DNA from: Albugo candida
Lineage: Eukaryota
Assembly: GCA_040437565.1 (NCBI GenBank)
Contig: JBDOQK010000056.1
Coordinates: 62,001 to 126,000 of the forward strand
DNA length: 64,000 nt
Reading direction: 5' to 3'
In this document: in pieces, positions 14,069-24,966 of the stretch
Layout of the letters: every line of letters starts with the position of its first letter
Position numbering within the stretch: position 1 is the first letter of the stretch
The notes under the pieces: generated by a model
The model's input: only the letters and a program-made list of their open reading frames with translations
Databases searched by the model: none
Told to the model about the DNA's origin: nothing
Program-made: the position numbers and the translations under genes

Positions 14069-14797
14069 ATGAACCAAGATGAGAAAATAAATAACGTTGC
14101 ATCTGCTACCATGGGTGCTACCGTAGGGGCAGGCGTTGCATATGGTCTCCCATTAGCAGCGAATTTTGTGGGTTTTGGTGTGAATGGAATTTCCGCAGGG
14201 TCTATAGCTGCCGGTTGTATGTCCTATGCTGCAAAGAAGTCAGGGGGTCGTATACTTTCCGGTAGTCTAGTGGCGGTTATGCAGAGTTTTGGAGCTATCG
14301 GATTGCCAGGGGCAAGTGTTGCAGGTTTGATGACTGCTGGTGCAGCATTAGGCTTGGCATATCAAAGATTTGATCGTGCAAAGAAGTGGGTAATCGCAAT
14401 AATTGATGGAAGTGGAAAATTGAACACGACTCTGTTTAATACAGAAAAATATGCATCAGAAAGCTACTCCAAGAGCCCTCATCCAAGAATCATGTATGAC
14501 CCTGATCGTGTAGAAGTCCTTACAGATGGATTGGAATCTCAACTGGTAGCCATCAGAAGAACATTAATAAAATTTGAAGCAGTTGGCAAGCCAGTGTGGT
14601 ATAATGTAGTCATGAAAATTGACGGAAAAATTGAAGTGAGCTCATTCGAAGATAAGCAGGATGGAGAATTGAGATATACTACGTGGGACGGCCCAAAAAT
14701 TCTTTACAATATTGATCATGAAGAAGTGAGATGGATTGGAAGTCCAAGAGATCTAAACAAAATTCGTGAGTACATCATCAAAAATGGGTTCACATGA
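14069..14797 (+). CDS. IFI27/ISG12 (Ifi-6-16)-like membrane domain fused to two tandem ~70-aa domains of unknown function
   Basis: VGFGVNGISAGSIAAGCMS...GGRILSGSLVAVMQSFGAIG matches the Ifi-6-16 pattern GF...GIAAGS.AA..MS.....GG....GSLVA.LQS.GA.G. The C-terminal half is an internal duplication. Confidence 0.8.
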   Translation: MNQDEKINNVASATMGATVGAGVAYGLPLAANFVGFGVNGISAGSIAAGCMSYAAKKSGGRILSGSLVAVMQSFGAIGLPGASVAGLMTAGAALGLAYQRFDRAKKWVIAIIDGSGKLNTTLFNTEKYASESYSKSPHPRIMYDPDRVEVLTDGLESQLVAIRRTLIKFEAVGKPVWYNVVMKIDGKIEVSSFEDKQDGELRYTTWDGPKILYNIDHEEVRWIGSPRDLNKIREYIIKNGFT

Positions 14798-17149
14798 TGT
14801 GATAGAGAGTATCGCAACATGGGTGACAAGGTGGAAGAATTGCTAACATGAACTATGCAGGAACCAGGATACTTTCCAGGGTCGAATTAGTGCACCATAC
14901 GGAAAGCCTTAGTAGTTGAAAATGGAAGAGCAATGTACAAACGATTCTCAATTTATGTTTGCTATTGCATGCATCGTCTGTAGTTTTTAATTTCATCATG
15001 CTGATTTGCTCGAGTTTGTATCCTTGGTTCTTGAAGATAGTAATGATGTGCTACTTGTCTGCATAAGTACCAGTCGTCAATCCTTATCCTGGTTCCTGAA
15101 GCAGACTGTCGATGAATATGTTTATCGAAAGCAAAGTGTCTGCACAATGTCTGCTCTGCTTTAACACAGCTAACAGGAAGAAGTCGGGTAGTCCCAATTC
15201 GGATCCATTTCGGATCGCTTGGAATAGTGCTGTGTTCATGATCACCCAGAGTCTCGGTAGATTGATGCTGCACTGGCGTTTTCATGTAACAAACTGTTTC
15301 AATTGCTTGATGTTTGGCGGACATCATCTAAATCGCCCTTATACGGAACGTACGATGTTTTGCAGCGCGATTTGTTCGACATTCACATCTTTAAATATTC
15401 TTGTTTCTTCTATATGTTCGGTCTTACGATCATGAGAACTCCCCTCGGCCCAGCTTTCGTTTACCTCGTTTTTCATCTACTACTTGGTTAGCTGGGATAA
15501 AATTGGATCAATGTCCATGTATCATGATGACTATAATAGCAACACGAATTGAACGCAGCTCGATATCCACCAATTTGATGTACCTACCAGCTCCAGGTCT
15601 TGAATCCACTTCCCGATCCTTATTCTATGCAGTGGAATACCTAAAAGCATATGAAAGAATGCTCTTTCATCCTAGTTTTGCCGGTACGACTAATCGACGT
15701 GTGCAAAACCCTTGGAGTCAAAAACGAAGAGGTCGCTCGAGCTCGGTCATTTCCCCCAAGCAATCCTCGACTGCCAAATTCAGCATGGAATGAAATTTGT
15801 CACGGTNNNNNNNNNNNNNNNNNNNNNNNNNNNNNNNNNNNNNNNNNNNNNNNNNNNNNNNNNNNNNNNNNNNNNNNNNNNNNNNNNNNNNNNNNNNNNN
15901 NNNNNNTTAATAAAATTTGAAGCAGTTGGCAAGCCAGTGTGGTATAATGTAGTCATGAAAATTGACGGAAAAATTGAAGTGAGCTCATTCGAAGATAAGC
16001 AGGATGGAGAATTGAGATATACTACGTGGGACGGCCCAAAAATTCTTTACAATATTGATCATGAAGAAGTGAGATGGATTGGAAGTCCAAGAGATCTAAA
16101 CAAAATTCGTGAGTACATCATCAAAAATGGGTTCACATGATGTGATAGAGAGTATCGCAACATGGGTGACAAGGTGGAAGAATTGCTAACATGAACTATG
16201 CAGGAACCAGGATACTTTCCAGGGTCGAATTAGTGCACCATACGGAAAGCCTTAGTAGTTGAAAATGGAAGAGCAATGTACAAACGATTCTCAATTTATG
16301 TTTGCTATTGCATGCATCGTCTGTAGTTTTTAATTTCATCATGCTGATTTGCTCGAGTTTGTATCCTTGGTTCTTGAAGATAGTAATGATGTGCTACTTG
16401 TCTGCATAAGTACCAGTCGTCAATCCTTATCCTGGTTCCTGAAGCAGACTGTCGATGAATATGTTTATCGAAAGCAAAGTGTCTGCACAATGTCTGCTCT
16501 GCTTTAACACAGCTAACAGGAAGAAGTCGGGTAGTCCCAATTCGGATCCATTTCGGATCGCTTGGAATAGTGCTGTGTTCATGATCACCCAGAGTCTCGG
16601 TAGATTGATGCTGCACTGGCGTTTTCATGTAACAAACTGTTTCAATTGCTTGATGTTTGGCGGACATCATCTAAATCGCCCTTATACGGAACGTACGATG
16701 TTTTGCAGCGCGATTTGTTCGACATTCACATCTTTAAATATTCTTGTTTCTTCTATATGTTCGGTCTTACGATCATGAGAACTCCCCTCGGCCCAGCTTT
16801 CGTTTACCTCGTTTTTCATCTACTACTTGGTTAGCTGGGATAAAATTGGATCAATGTCCATGTATCATGATGACTATAATAGCAACACGAATTGAACGCA
16901 GCTCGATATCCACCAATTTGATGTACCTACCAGCTCCAGGTCTTGAATCCACTTCCCGATCCTTATTCTATGCAGTGGAATACCTAAAAGCATATGAAAG
17001 AATGCTCTTTCATCCTAGTTTTGCCGGTACGACTAATCGACGTGTGCAAAACCCTTGGAGTCAAAAACGAAGAGGTCGCTCGAGCTCGGTCATTTCCCCC
17101 AAGCAATCCTCGACTGCCAAATTCAGCATGGAATGAAATTTGTCACGGT
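14564..17149. repeat. 1243-bp direct duplication across the N gap (14564-15806 = 15907-17149), probable assembly overlap
   Basis: Identical sequence at offset 1343 immediately either side of the 100-N gap 15807-15906. Confidence 0.9.
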
Positions 17150-18700
17150 GCGAATTGCTTCAGACCACCATATCTTCTCAGTATATTTGTATTTGAACAT
17201 CGATTGTGAAATTGCCGTGAACGTGCGATTCATTTCTCAGCAAAATATTGCTGGTATGAGGTAGGGACATCTCTTGGAACAATAGCCGCATGTCAATAAA
17301 GACTTGTCAACTTCTTGAACATGCAGTAAATTTAGTAACGGTGCGAGTATTCTTGGTCAAGTTGTCTGATGCATTCAATAGTTTTCTAAAAAGCCACTCA
17401 TTCAACTGTCCCAGCGTGTGAACTGGATTGCAATAAAAACGATTACGTCACCCTTAGAGTTCCAGTGTGATTGCAACTTCGATCCGGTAGATACATTCCA
17501 TATCCATTATATATCGACTATGTGCATCTTGCCTCTTCTCTTGAGCGGATTCACGAACTCTTGGGTTTTTTTGACATTACTCAAACTTTTTTTGGACTCT
17601 TCGGCAAGTCCTCTTGAAGCCAAATCTGACGCAAATATCAATCGACGGTTAGCCCTGATACCAAAAATGCATCGCTTCTATCGCTGCATGCACCATTTTC
17701 AGGCTTATTGCATTGATTTCCACTCCATTTGCCAGTGTAGCCTCATTCATATTAACGTTATCAGTACATCCGTCAGCTCTTTTTCAACTGGACATGTGGC
17801 TTCTGGCACTGCTTTCTAAGGAGCATTCAGGATGGAGAATGATACTTCGTCTCATCTTAACAATGCTTCAATCAGTACCGAATGATTGTTTTTCGGGTGA
17901 ATTATTCGGAATGTACCAAAAGTCATGAATGCATGCTCGCTATTCTGATCTTGTCTATATCCTTGGCGATGGTGTTAACATTCGATCATCCTGTTGCCAG
18001 TCCGACCACGGACGAAGCGCTTGCCATCTCAAATCCTGTGGCTTGCGCTATGGCGCAAGTACATCTTCCCCTGCCGATTGTAGATCTTTTTACAAAAGCC
18101 AACGCGCTTAATCGTATAGACTTGTATTCGCATTAAAGCATCTCTTTTGCTTGCATCCTTATATACACGGAATGCTTTCGGAAATTCGCCCATTTTGTTA
18201 GTATCCATCCGATCGTATAAGAAGTAATACTGATTATCTTGATTAACGTTATCCCCAATTGCAGCCAAGTTCGCGCAAAGAATTTCATGAAATGAGATGT
18301 TGAAATCTTTCGCAATGTTAAATTCGTGTTTTTTCCGTCGCACGTTAATCGGATTATGCGCATTCCAGAGCATTTAAAATCTTTTACGCGCACGTATTGC
18401 CGTCCAAATCATGAATTGAAAGCTCGGATTGATGATCGTGGCAATGATAGCGATCGCCTTTACGTGGTTAAATCTCAATGTTGCTAGTACTGGATCGGGC
18501 CTCGTCAGGATCTTCATTGAGTCGAGACATTCGTCTAAATTCGTCTTTGCTAGCTCCTTCGGGCATTGCATTCACATACGAAGTAGTTGGACTCGTGCAG
18601 CATCTCCTGTTGACCTATCGTCGTTGGACTTATTGCCATTTTGTGTATAACAGCGCTTTATGACTTCAATTAGGTAGTTCCTTAAATGGAAGCTATTGCT
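16300..18700 (-). mobile_element. Degenerate Ty1/Copia LTR retrotransposon relic (gag, protease, integrase; many stops and frameshifts)
   Basis: Gag-like KAIAIIATIINPSFQFMI...HNPINVRRKKHEFNIAKD...LCANLAAIGDNV. Integrase-like MNRTFTAISQSMFKYKYTEKIWWSEAIRTV and SDLFVFDSKGFAHVD...AFFHMLLG. No LTR or RT recognised. Confidence 0.75.
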
Positions 18701-20306
18701 ACGATACTGAAAGTTGAAAACTTGGAATATTTGTGTCGACCCGACGGATAACGATGATCAAGCCATGCAAGAGGAGGACGAGTCCTCTATACAACATACG
18801 ATTCGCGACCATTGCAAACACCTTGTTGTTGGCGCCTTTCTTATTGCTATTTCGCATCACAACTACTGCTTATACACCACCAAGTCCATATTTTCGCTTC
18901 TCTCACTGAGTATCTACACTCAGCAAATGCACATTGTGAGCCCAAGCACACCAATTAGCTATCATCATCAACAAACCTGATACATCTGATCGTGTATCGG
19001 TATCACAGCTGATTTAATTAAGAATTAATCTATCAACTCTCTTCCTACACAGACGCACGGACGAAAGCTGACCCGAGTAATCTGATCTAGATTCTAATCA
19101 GTATGTCATTTCAGTACTTTTGTCTACAATCTACTGAAACTTGATACGTATAAGCCGTCGACATTTTTCAGTCTTTAGCTTGCTGCCAAGTGCAAGCACG
19201 AGCTTATCATAGGCACTTTTGACGAAGCATTCAAGTGTTACTCTGCAGAAGTAGCTGCTACACATAATCCAAAATGGTTAACAATTCCTATACTACCACT
19301 GTCTTTGGCATGAAAGACACGACGTCACGCAAGATGCGCGTAGCAAATCACCAATAACAAGTTGCGTCAATGATATCGTAGTATTATAGATCAGTATAGG
19401 CAGCGCATTCAATAGTGCAGCCGAACGCGAAATGCTCAAGCTGAAACACTAACATGGAGCCGAAGATTATATACCCTTACAGAAATTTCGGTGGCTTGTA
19501 CCTTTTGCTGGCGGACGTCTTCAGAATATTCGGGAAGTTATCTGTGTTTGCGCTCATTGTGCGAGCAGTACTCAATTTAATTTTTTTTGCCTTTGCTGAT
19601 AATTGATGGCTATGGGAGAATTGCTTTTGCTGCTGCCAAAATCAGCAACGAAATTGTTTTATCAATGTATAGTGCTGTATAATTTTGATTGTAAAACTTC
19701 TTCACAAAATCCTCGTGTCATGTGATTCTTGCACTATAGAGCGAAAAGCATGATTGAATATCCTTACTTTATGAGACGAGAATGATTGTTACATTCTAAA
19801 TTCTGGATTTTGAAATCATCAACTCTAGTAAGCACATATGATAAAGTCTCACATTACAAAAAAGAGAGGATACGTGGTGATGACACACATTTGACCTGTA
19901 CTCGACATTTCAGAATTGATTAGAAATAACATTCTACTTCTACATCTTTTTAGAATAAATCAATTAATCAGCAGAGCGTTATAGGACGATCAGGCAAGAT
20001 GTAAAAATGAGGCAAATACTGAGGTAGCATCAAATACCAGCGTAGTGGCCGTGTCAAATCGTCCCATTCCACCGACGTTGTGTGGACCGTACGATTGCCA
20101 ATACTCACTCTCTGTGACGTCGTTGTATTCTACCTAATTTTCTCATATCCACTAAGAAGACTCCAAGAGAAATTCCGAATTCTAGCCTGGCCGCAAATAA
20201 GGCTGACACTTCGTATTCATTATCATTTCTACTCAGCTAATCATTATTGTCATCAAGCAGGTCTCAAGTATTACGTAGCCCGTATCAGAGAGGCCTATCA
20301 AAAGCC

Positions 20307-20630
20307 TTATTCTTGATCAATAACTCCTTTAAAAAAGATTTCGCTATCCTCTTTAGCGCTCTATGGTAAAACAAAGGAGAATTCTTTTATGAGATGGCGT
20401 GAATTGCTTACCTGGATGGATGTAATAAGTTCGGAATACCAGGTGGTCTGCTTCAAAGGTGGCATATTATCTCCTCCATCGAGAAGTGAGGAAAATCCAT
20501 AGCTATTCTGTTCCTTTTCGTTCGTGCTCTGACTTGGCGGTGATTCCTCACCATATTCATATATTTTAATGTCGCCAGAGCGATAGGCGGCTTTGACTCC
20601 TGATATCTCGGGCCTCGAATCCGAGCTCAT
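20307..20630 (-). CDS. Small 90-aa two-exon protein, candidate EKC/KEOPS subunit Gon7-like (intron 20361-20411)
   Basis: ATG at 20630 and a 51-nt GTAAGC...ATAG intron give ...TTWYSELITSIQSAKEDSEIFFKGVIDQE*. The N-terminal AxYxS motif plus C-terminal amphipathic helix resemble fungal Gon7. Confidence 0.45.
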
Positions 20631-20712
20631 TGTATACGTTTTCTACGTCGCTACTATTAAGGAGAAAACAGTATATATATTATGTGATAAGGCATACACT
20701 CTCCGAATCTAC

Positions 20713-22101
20713 TTAATCTGTCGCTGAATGCGCTGAGTTTCGTTGGCTGACACGTCCATTCTGCTCTAATCGGCGCGCTTTTCGCTCTCGCACCTTATCC
20801 TCGAAACCACGCTCGTACAGCTTCAGCTTGGCACACCGTGTGGCGACTGAGACATCGTTCAGCAGCTTCAACACATCCTCTTCTTTCGCGAAAGCCTCGT
20901 AGTTGTCCATCTTCTTTCCGACATTGGTCTCCAGATGTTGCAAAAGCGCAATATCGTGCTGTGTCACAAGCGAAATAGACCGTCCTCGGCCACCGGTACG
21001 ACACGTACGACCAACACGATGGATGTAAGCAGAAGCGACTCTAGGGAGATCGAAATGGATCACAACGTCGACGGCAGGGATATCAAGACCTCGGCTTGCA
21101 ACATCTGTGCTAATCAGTATCTGAACAAAGCCGCTTGTAAATTTACCCAGCGCCGCGAGTCTTCTGCTTTGCGACATCATTGAGTGAAGTGTGACGCAAT
21201 TGAGGCTCAATTCTCTTGAAACTTCGCCTATCAGCTCACATGTTTGACATTTGGACACGAAGACGATCACTGATTTTGCGGCTTGAGATGATGGATCCAC
21301 GGATTCCAATACTTTCTGGATAGACTTGGCACTTTGCTTCGAATACTTTTTCTTCTGATTTAAATTGGTCTCATCAAGTTGAGGAGTGAGAGAAAGAAGT
21401 AGATACATCAAGTACGTCATTTTGATTTGTTGAGGGAAGAATAGATAATATTGCTCCAGTACGTCTCTCGTTTTGATGGGAGGTGTGCCGTCAAAGCGGA
21501 ACGAGTTGGCTCCAGCTATCCGAGCTAGCTCTTCCGTTGAGGTAGCAGTGAAATAGAGTGTTTGACGATTTTCTGAAGATGGGAGCTGACCAATTATATA
21601 TGCCAAATCCTTCTTGTAGGACTCTTCCAGTAGCTGATCTGCTTCATCCAGCACCAAGAACTTGACAAGAGATAGATTCGGGGCGTCGGGATGCATTAAA
21701 TGATCATGTAGTCTTCCAGGAGTTGCGATGATTATATGAGGCTGCTGCTGAAGCTTCATTTTTTGCTCCAGCATATCCATCCCACCAACGATAACAGCAC
21801 AGCGAGCACCCGTAAATGTTCCAAAAATGTTGATTTGGTCCGCGATTTGGAAAGCAAGCTCTCTTGTTGGAGTTAAGATCACTGCGAACGGGCCGTATGG
21901 GTCTTTGCTGAGCGAATGCAAAATCGGTAGCGCAAAAGCTGCCGTCTTTCCACTTCCAGTTTGAGCTACTCCTAATACATCACGCCCATCCAAAATTGCA
22001 GGAATGCAATATTTTTGCACTGGTGTTGGTTTTATCATGCCAATTTGCGAGCATTTCTGTACCAGCCACGTATTGATTCCCAAGTTTTCGAAGGATTCCA
22101 T
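20713..22101 (-). CDS. DDX49: DEAD-box RNA helicase DDX49/Dbp8
   Basis: PTPVQ, AQTGSGKT, LSKDPYG, PTRELAFQI, DEAD, RGLDIP and HRVGRT motifs. Complete from ATG 22101. The 5' part is repeated at 22289-22728 across the gap (second ATG at 22641). Confidence 0.9.
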   Translation of the reverse strand: MESFENLGINTWLVQKCSQIGMIKPTPVQKYCIPAILDGRDVLGVAQTGSGKTAAFALPILHSLSKDPYGPFAVILTPTRELAFQIADQINIFGTFTGARCAVIVGGMDMLEQKMKLQQQPHIIIATPGRLHDHLMHPDAPNLSLVKFLVLDEADQLLEESYKKDLAYIIGQLPSSENRQTLYFTATSTEELARIAGANSFRFDGTPPIKTRDVLEQYYLFFPQQIKMTYLMYLLLSLTPQLDETNLNQKKKYSKQSAKSIQKVLESVDPSSQAAKSVIVFVSKCQTCELIGEVSRELSLNCVTLHSMMSQSRRLAALGKFTSGFVQILISTDVASRGLDIPAVDVVIHFDLPRVASAYIHRVGRTCRTGGRGRSISLVTQHDIALLQHLETNVGKKMDNYEAFAKEEDVLKLLNDVSVATRCAKLKLYERGFEDKVRERKARRLEQNGRVSQRNSAHSATD

Positions 22102-22728
22102 GATGGACGTTGCTGTGTGTGTCTCCCTCACGAGACATTTTTGATCATGCTTAGCGATGCCATTTTTCTTATCATTATCAACCACGCGNNNNNNNNNNNN
22201 NNNNNNNNNNNNNNNNNNNNNNNNNNNNNNNNNNNNNNNNNNNNNNNNNNNNNNNNNNNNNNNNNNNNNNNNNNNNNNNNNNNNNNNNTGAAGCTTCATT
22301 TTTTGCTCCAGCATATCCATCCCACCAACGATAACAGCACAGCGAGCACCCGTAAATGTTCCAAAAATGTTGATTTGGTCCGCGATTTGGAAAGCAAGCT
22401 CTCTTGTTGGAGTTAAGATCACTGCGAACGGGCCGTATGGGTCTTTGCTGAGCGAATGCAAAATCGGTAGCGCAAAAGCTGCCGTCTTTCCACTTCCAGT
22501 TTGAGCTACTCCTAATACATCACGCCCATCCAAAATTGCAGGAATGCAATATTTTTGCACTGGTGTTGGTTTTATCATGCCAATTTGCGAGCATTTCTGT
22601 ACCAGCCACGTATTGATTCCCAAGTTTTCGAAGGATTCCATGATGGACGTTGCTGTGTGTGTCTCCCTCACGAGACATTTTTGATCATGCTTAGCGATGC
22701 CATTTTTCTTATCATTATCAACCACGCG
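21749..22728. repeat. 440-bp gap-flanking duplication (21749-22188 = 22289-22728), assembly overlap
   Basis: Identical sequence at offset 540 around the 100-N gap. Confidence 0.9.
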
Positions 22729-23021
22729 CCGCGCTCGCTTTCGCGTGGCAAATAAGACACTCATTTGCAGTGTCAACAAAAGGCTTTTATAAGTGTATAG
22801 TAACCGCGCTCAAGCCAATCATTCTGATTGGATTAAACGGATTGATCTAAAGATATACTTACTATACAGCTTGATTGCAGCACAGTTCACGTCTTCCACG
22901 ATGCAAGCGTATCTGCTTCTTATTGGACAGCAAAGCTACAAATCCTTTTGGCTTATACACATAACTTGTGGTCGTACCAAGTAGCACGAAAAAGTGCGAG
23001 AAGTATTTCGGTAAAGCAGGC

Positions 23022-24651
23022 AAGGCTTTGGTTCGGCTCGGAAGCGTTCATACAAAAGAGCAATTACATAGCGAGAGATGGGTAGCAAGAAAGAATATAT
23101 TGCGTCTTTTTAAATAATATAAATAATCTTTAGAACTAAATCTTCGTCGATTTCCGACACATCTGCAAGGCTGCGCAATACAGTGACAATCTTTGCCTCA
23201 TTCCATGCATGAATCCTAATACTTTCTTCTCACCCAAATTGTCGATCTGGGGAGAGTGTTTGGATCCAATTGTATTGGAGAGCGCTGACAACGATTCTCG
23301 ATGTGATTCGCACGCAGTCTCGATCATGACATTGACAGCTCGACTAACCACATCATCTTTAACGGAGTCAATGTTGTGTCCTGAAACGCACTTCCAGTTC
23401 AATTTCGCATCGCTTGGTCCAAGGTAAAACGTCTTGAACCGCGCGTAAGTTTTCGTTCAAATTGGGCATCCGATGCGGGCCTACATCAGTCGTGAGTCTT
23501 CTCCATCCGAGTCTTGTTTTGNNNNNNNNNNNNNNNNNNNNNNNNNNNNNNNNNNNNNNNNNNNNNNNNNNNNNNNNNNNNNNNNNNNNNNNNNNNNNNN
23601 NNNNNNNNNNNNNNNNNNNNNGACGGGCTTGAATAGCCATAGTAGGTCCTGTACGAGCGACGGGAGCACGTGTCGTCGCTGATTCCAAAGCCGCAACCAC
23701 CCTACCGACGGAGTCTGAGCCACGAGTCATCACTGGAGATGCTCGTCTTTGTGCAGTTGCCCGTGCTGCATTTGTTCCAGGAACGCGAGTAAGGGTCGAC
23801 GTTCGTCCAGTCGAAATGGTGCGTGTTGAAGTTGTCCTCGAGGCGCGGACCGTGGTCGATGCCGATTCGTGTAGTGGTGCGTTAACTCGCGCCGTTCGTG
23901 TTGGTATCGTTGTTGTTGCTGGTTGATCCGCGAGCTGTCGAGTTGGTATCGGTGTTGTTGCTGGTTGACCGGCGCGTTGTCGTGTTGATGTCGGTGTTGT
24001 TGTTTCTGTTGGTTGACCGACGCGTTGACGTGTCGGTGTTGTCACTGGTTGAGCCGCGCGCTGTCGTGTTGGTGGTCGTGCAGACGTATCTGTTGGCTGT
24101 GCTCGTAGCACATATCCACCGCCGACACGTTTCATCATCGACGGTGTCCAATTGCGCGCTGGTGCAGTCATTGTAGTGTTTCGTACTTGCTGCATTCGTA
24201 AAATAATCAGTTTACTTAGAACGAGTATGAGTGAGAAAAGCGGTACGTACACATATTGCCCTGACCCCCAAGTCTCTTAGCATGACTGCATGCTGATTGG
24301 AGACATCACCTCATAGTACATGCCGGGCTCTGCGGGAACGGAGTCGATATCGTTGTCGGCGCATGGGACGATATCGATAAGTATATTTCATTTTGTGTGT
24401 TCGTTTGCATTGATTGATCGATGCGAAGGACACACAGAATGACATATACCCATCGGTATGTGCAGCTGATGCATTTGGACATTGGCGCCGCTATTTTTAG
24501 ATGATGTGGCGACGCGCTGTACCGTGTATTCCAAAATTGGCGGCGGCCTGCACATGCGAGTGCTTTTGTAGATGGAATGTTGTATTAGTGTATAGTATGT
24601 AGAGATGTAATGGGAGTGAAATCATTGTAGTTAAGTTACAAGGTTAGAATG
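23022..24651 (-). repeat. Dispersed paralogous segment, copy 1 (inverted relative to 39640-42190); degenerate multi-exon gene of unknown family
   Basis: 23022-23521 is the reverse complement of about 41700-42190, and 24466-24651 is the reverse complement of 39640-39825, with scattered substitutions. Confidence 0.8.
23890..24075 (-). repeat. Degenerate ~42-bp tandem repeat encoding TRQRAGQPATTPIP-like units
   Basis: Units TRQRAAQPVTTP, TRQRVGQPTETTTPTS, TRQRAGQPATTPIP and TRQLADQPATTTIP in ORF 23368-24252. Confidence 0.75.
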
Positions 24652-24966
24652 GTAGTACACATTAGTCGAATATTCTCATGCACAAAGACGACACGAATGC
24701 GATCACTTTCCTATCAGATATGTTCAATGGCGTGCTAAAATTCGCAGACGACAAACCGAGCTCAAAACACGCGATTTCGTAGTAACTCATCGACCGTTCA
24801 AAGTGTTACCGATGAGAAAACCGGAGAGGAATTAGTATGTATAGTGCGAGCTCATTTGCAAAATACAATTATAGCATTACTGAAGAAAATAGAGAGAAAT
24901 GGAAGCTACAGAAGTACCCACGATTTCATTGAATGATCCCATTACGACACTGTGCCATTTTTCTTC

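Noticed and set aside
15712-16140. Second copy of the IFI27-fusion gene C-terminus
   Set aside because: It lies inside the identical gap-flanking duplication.
18700-19400. Possible 5' LTR and primer-binding site of the Copia relic
   Set aside because: No matching second LTR or convincing tRNA-complementary site could be identified.
20713-22779. 688-aa DEAD-box helicase with a duplicated N-terminal domain
   Set aside because: The duplicate is an exact 440-bp overlap across an N gap, so it is an assembly artefact.
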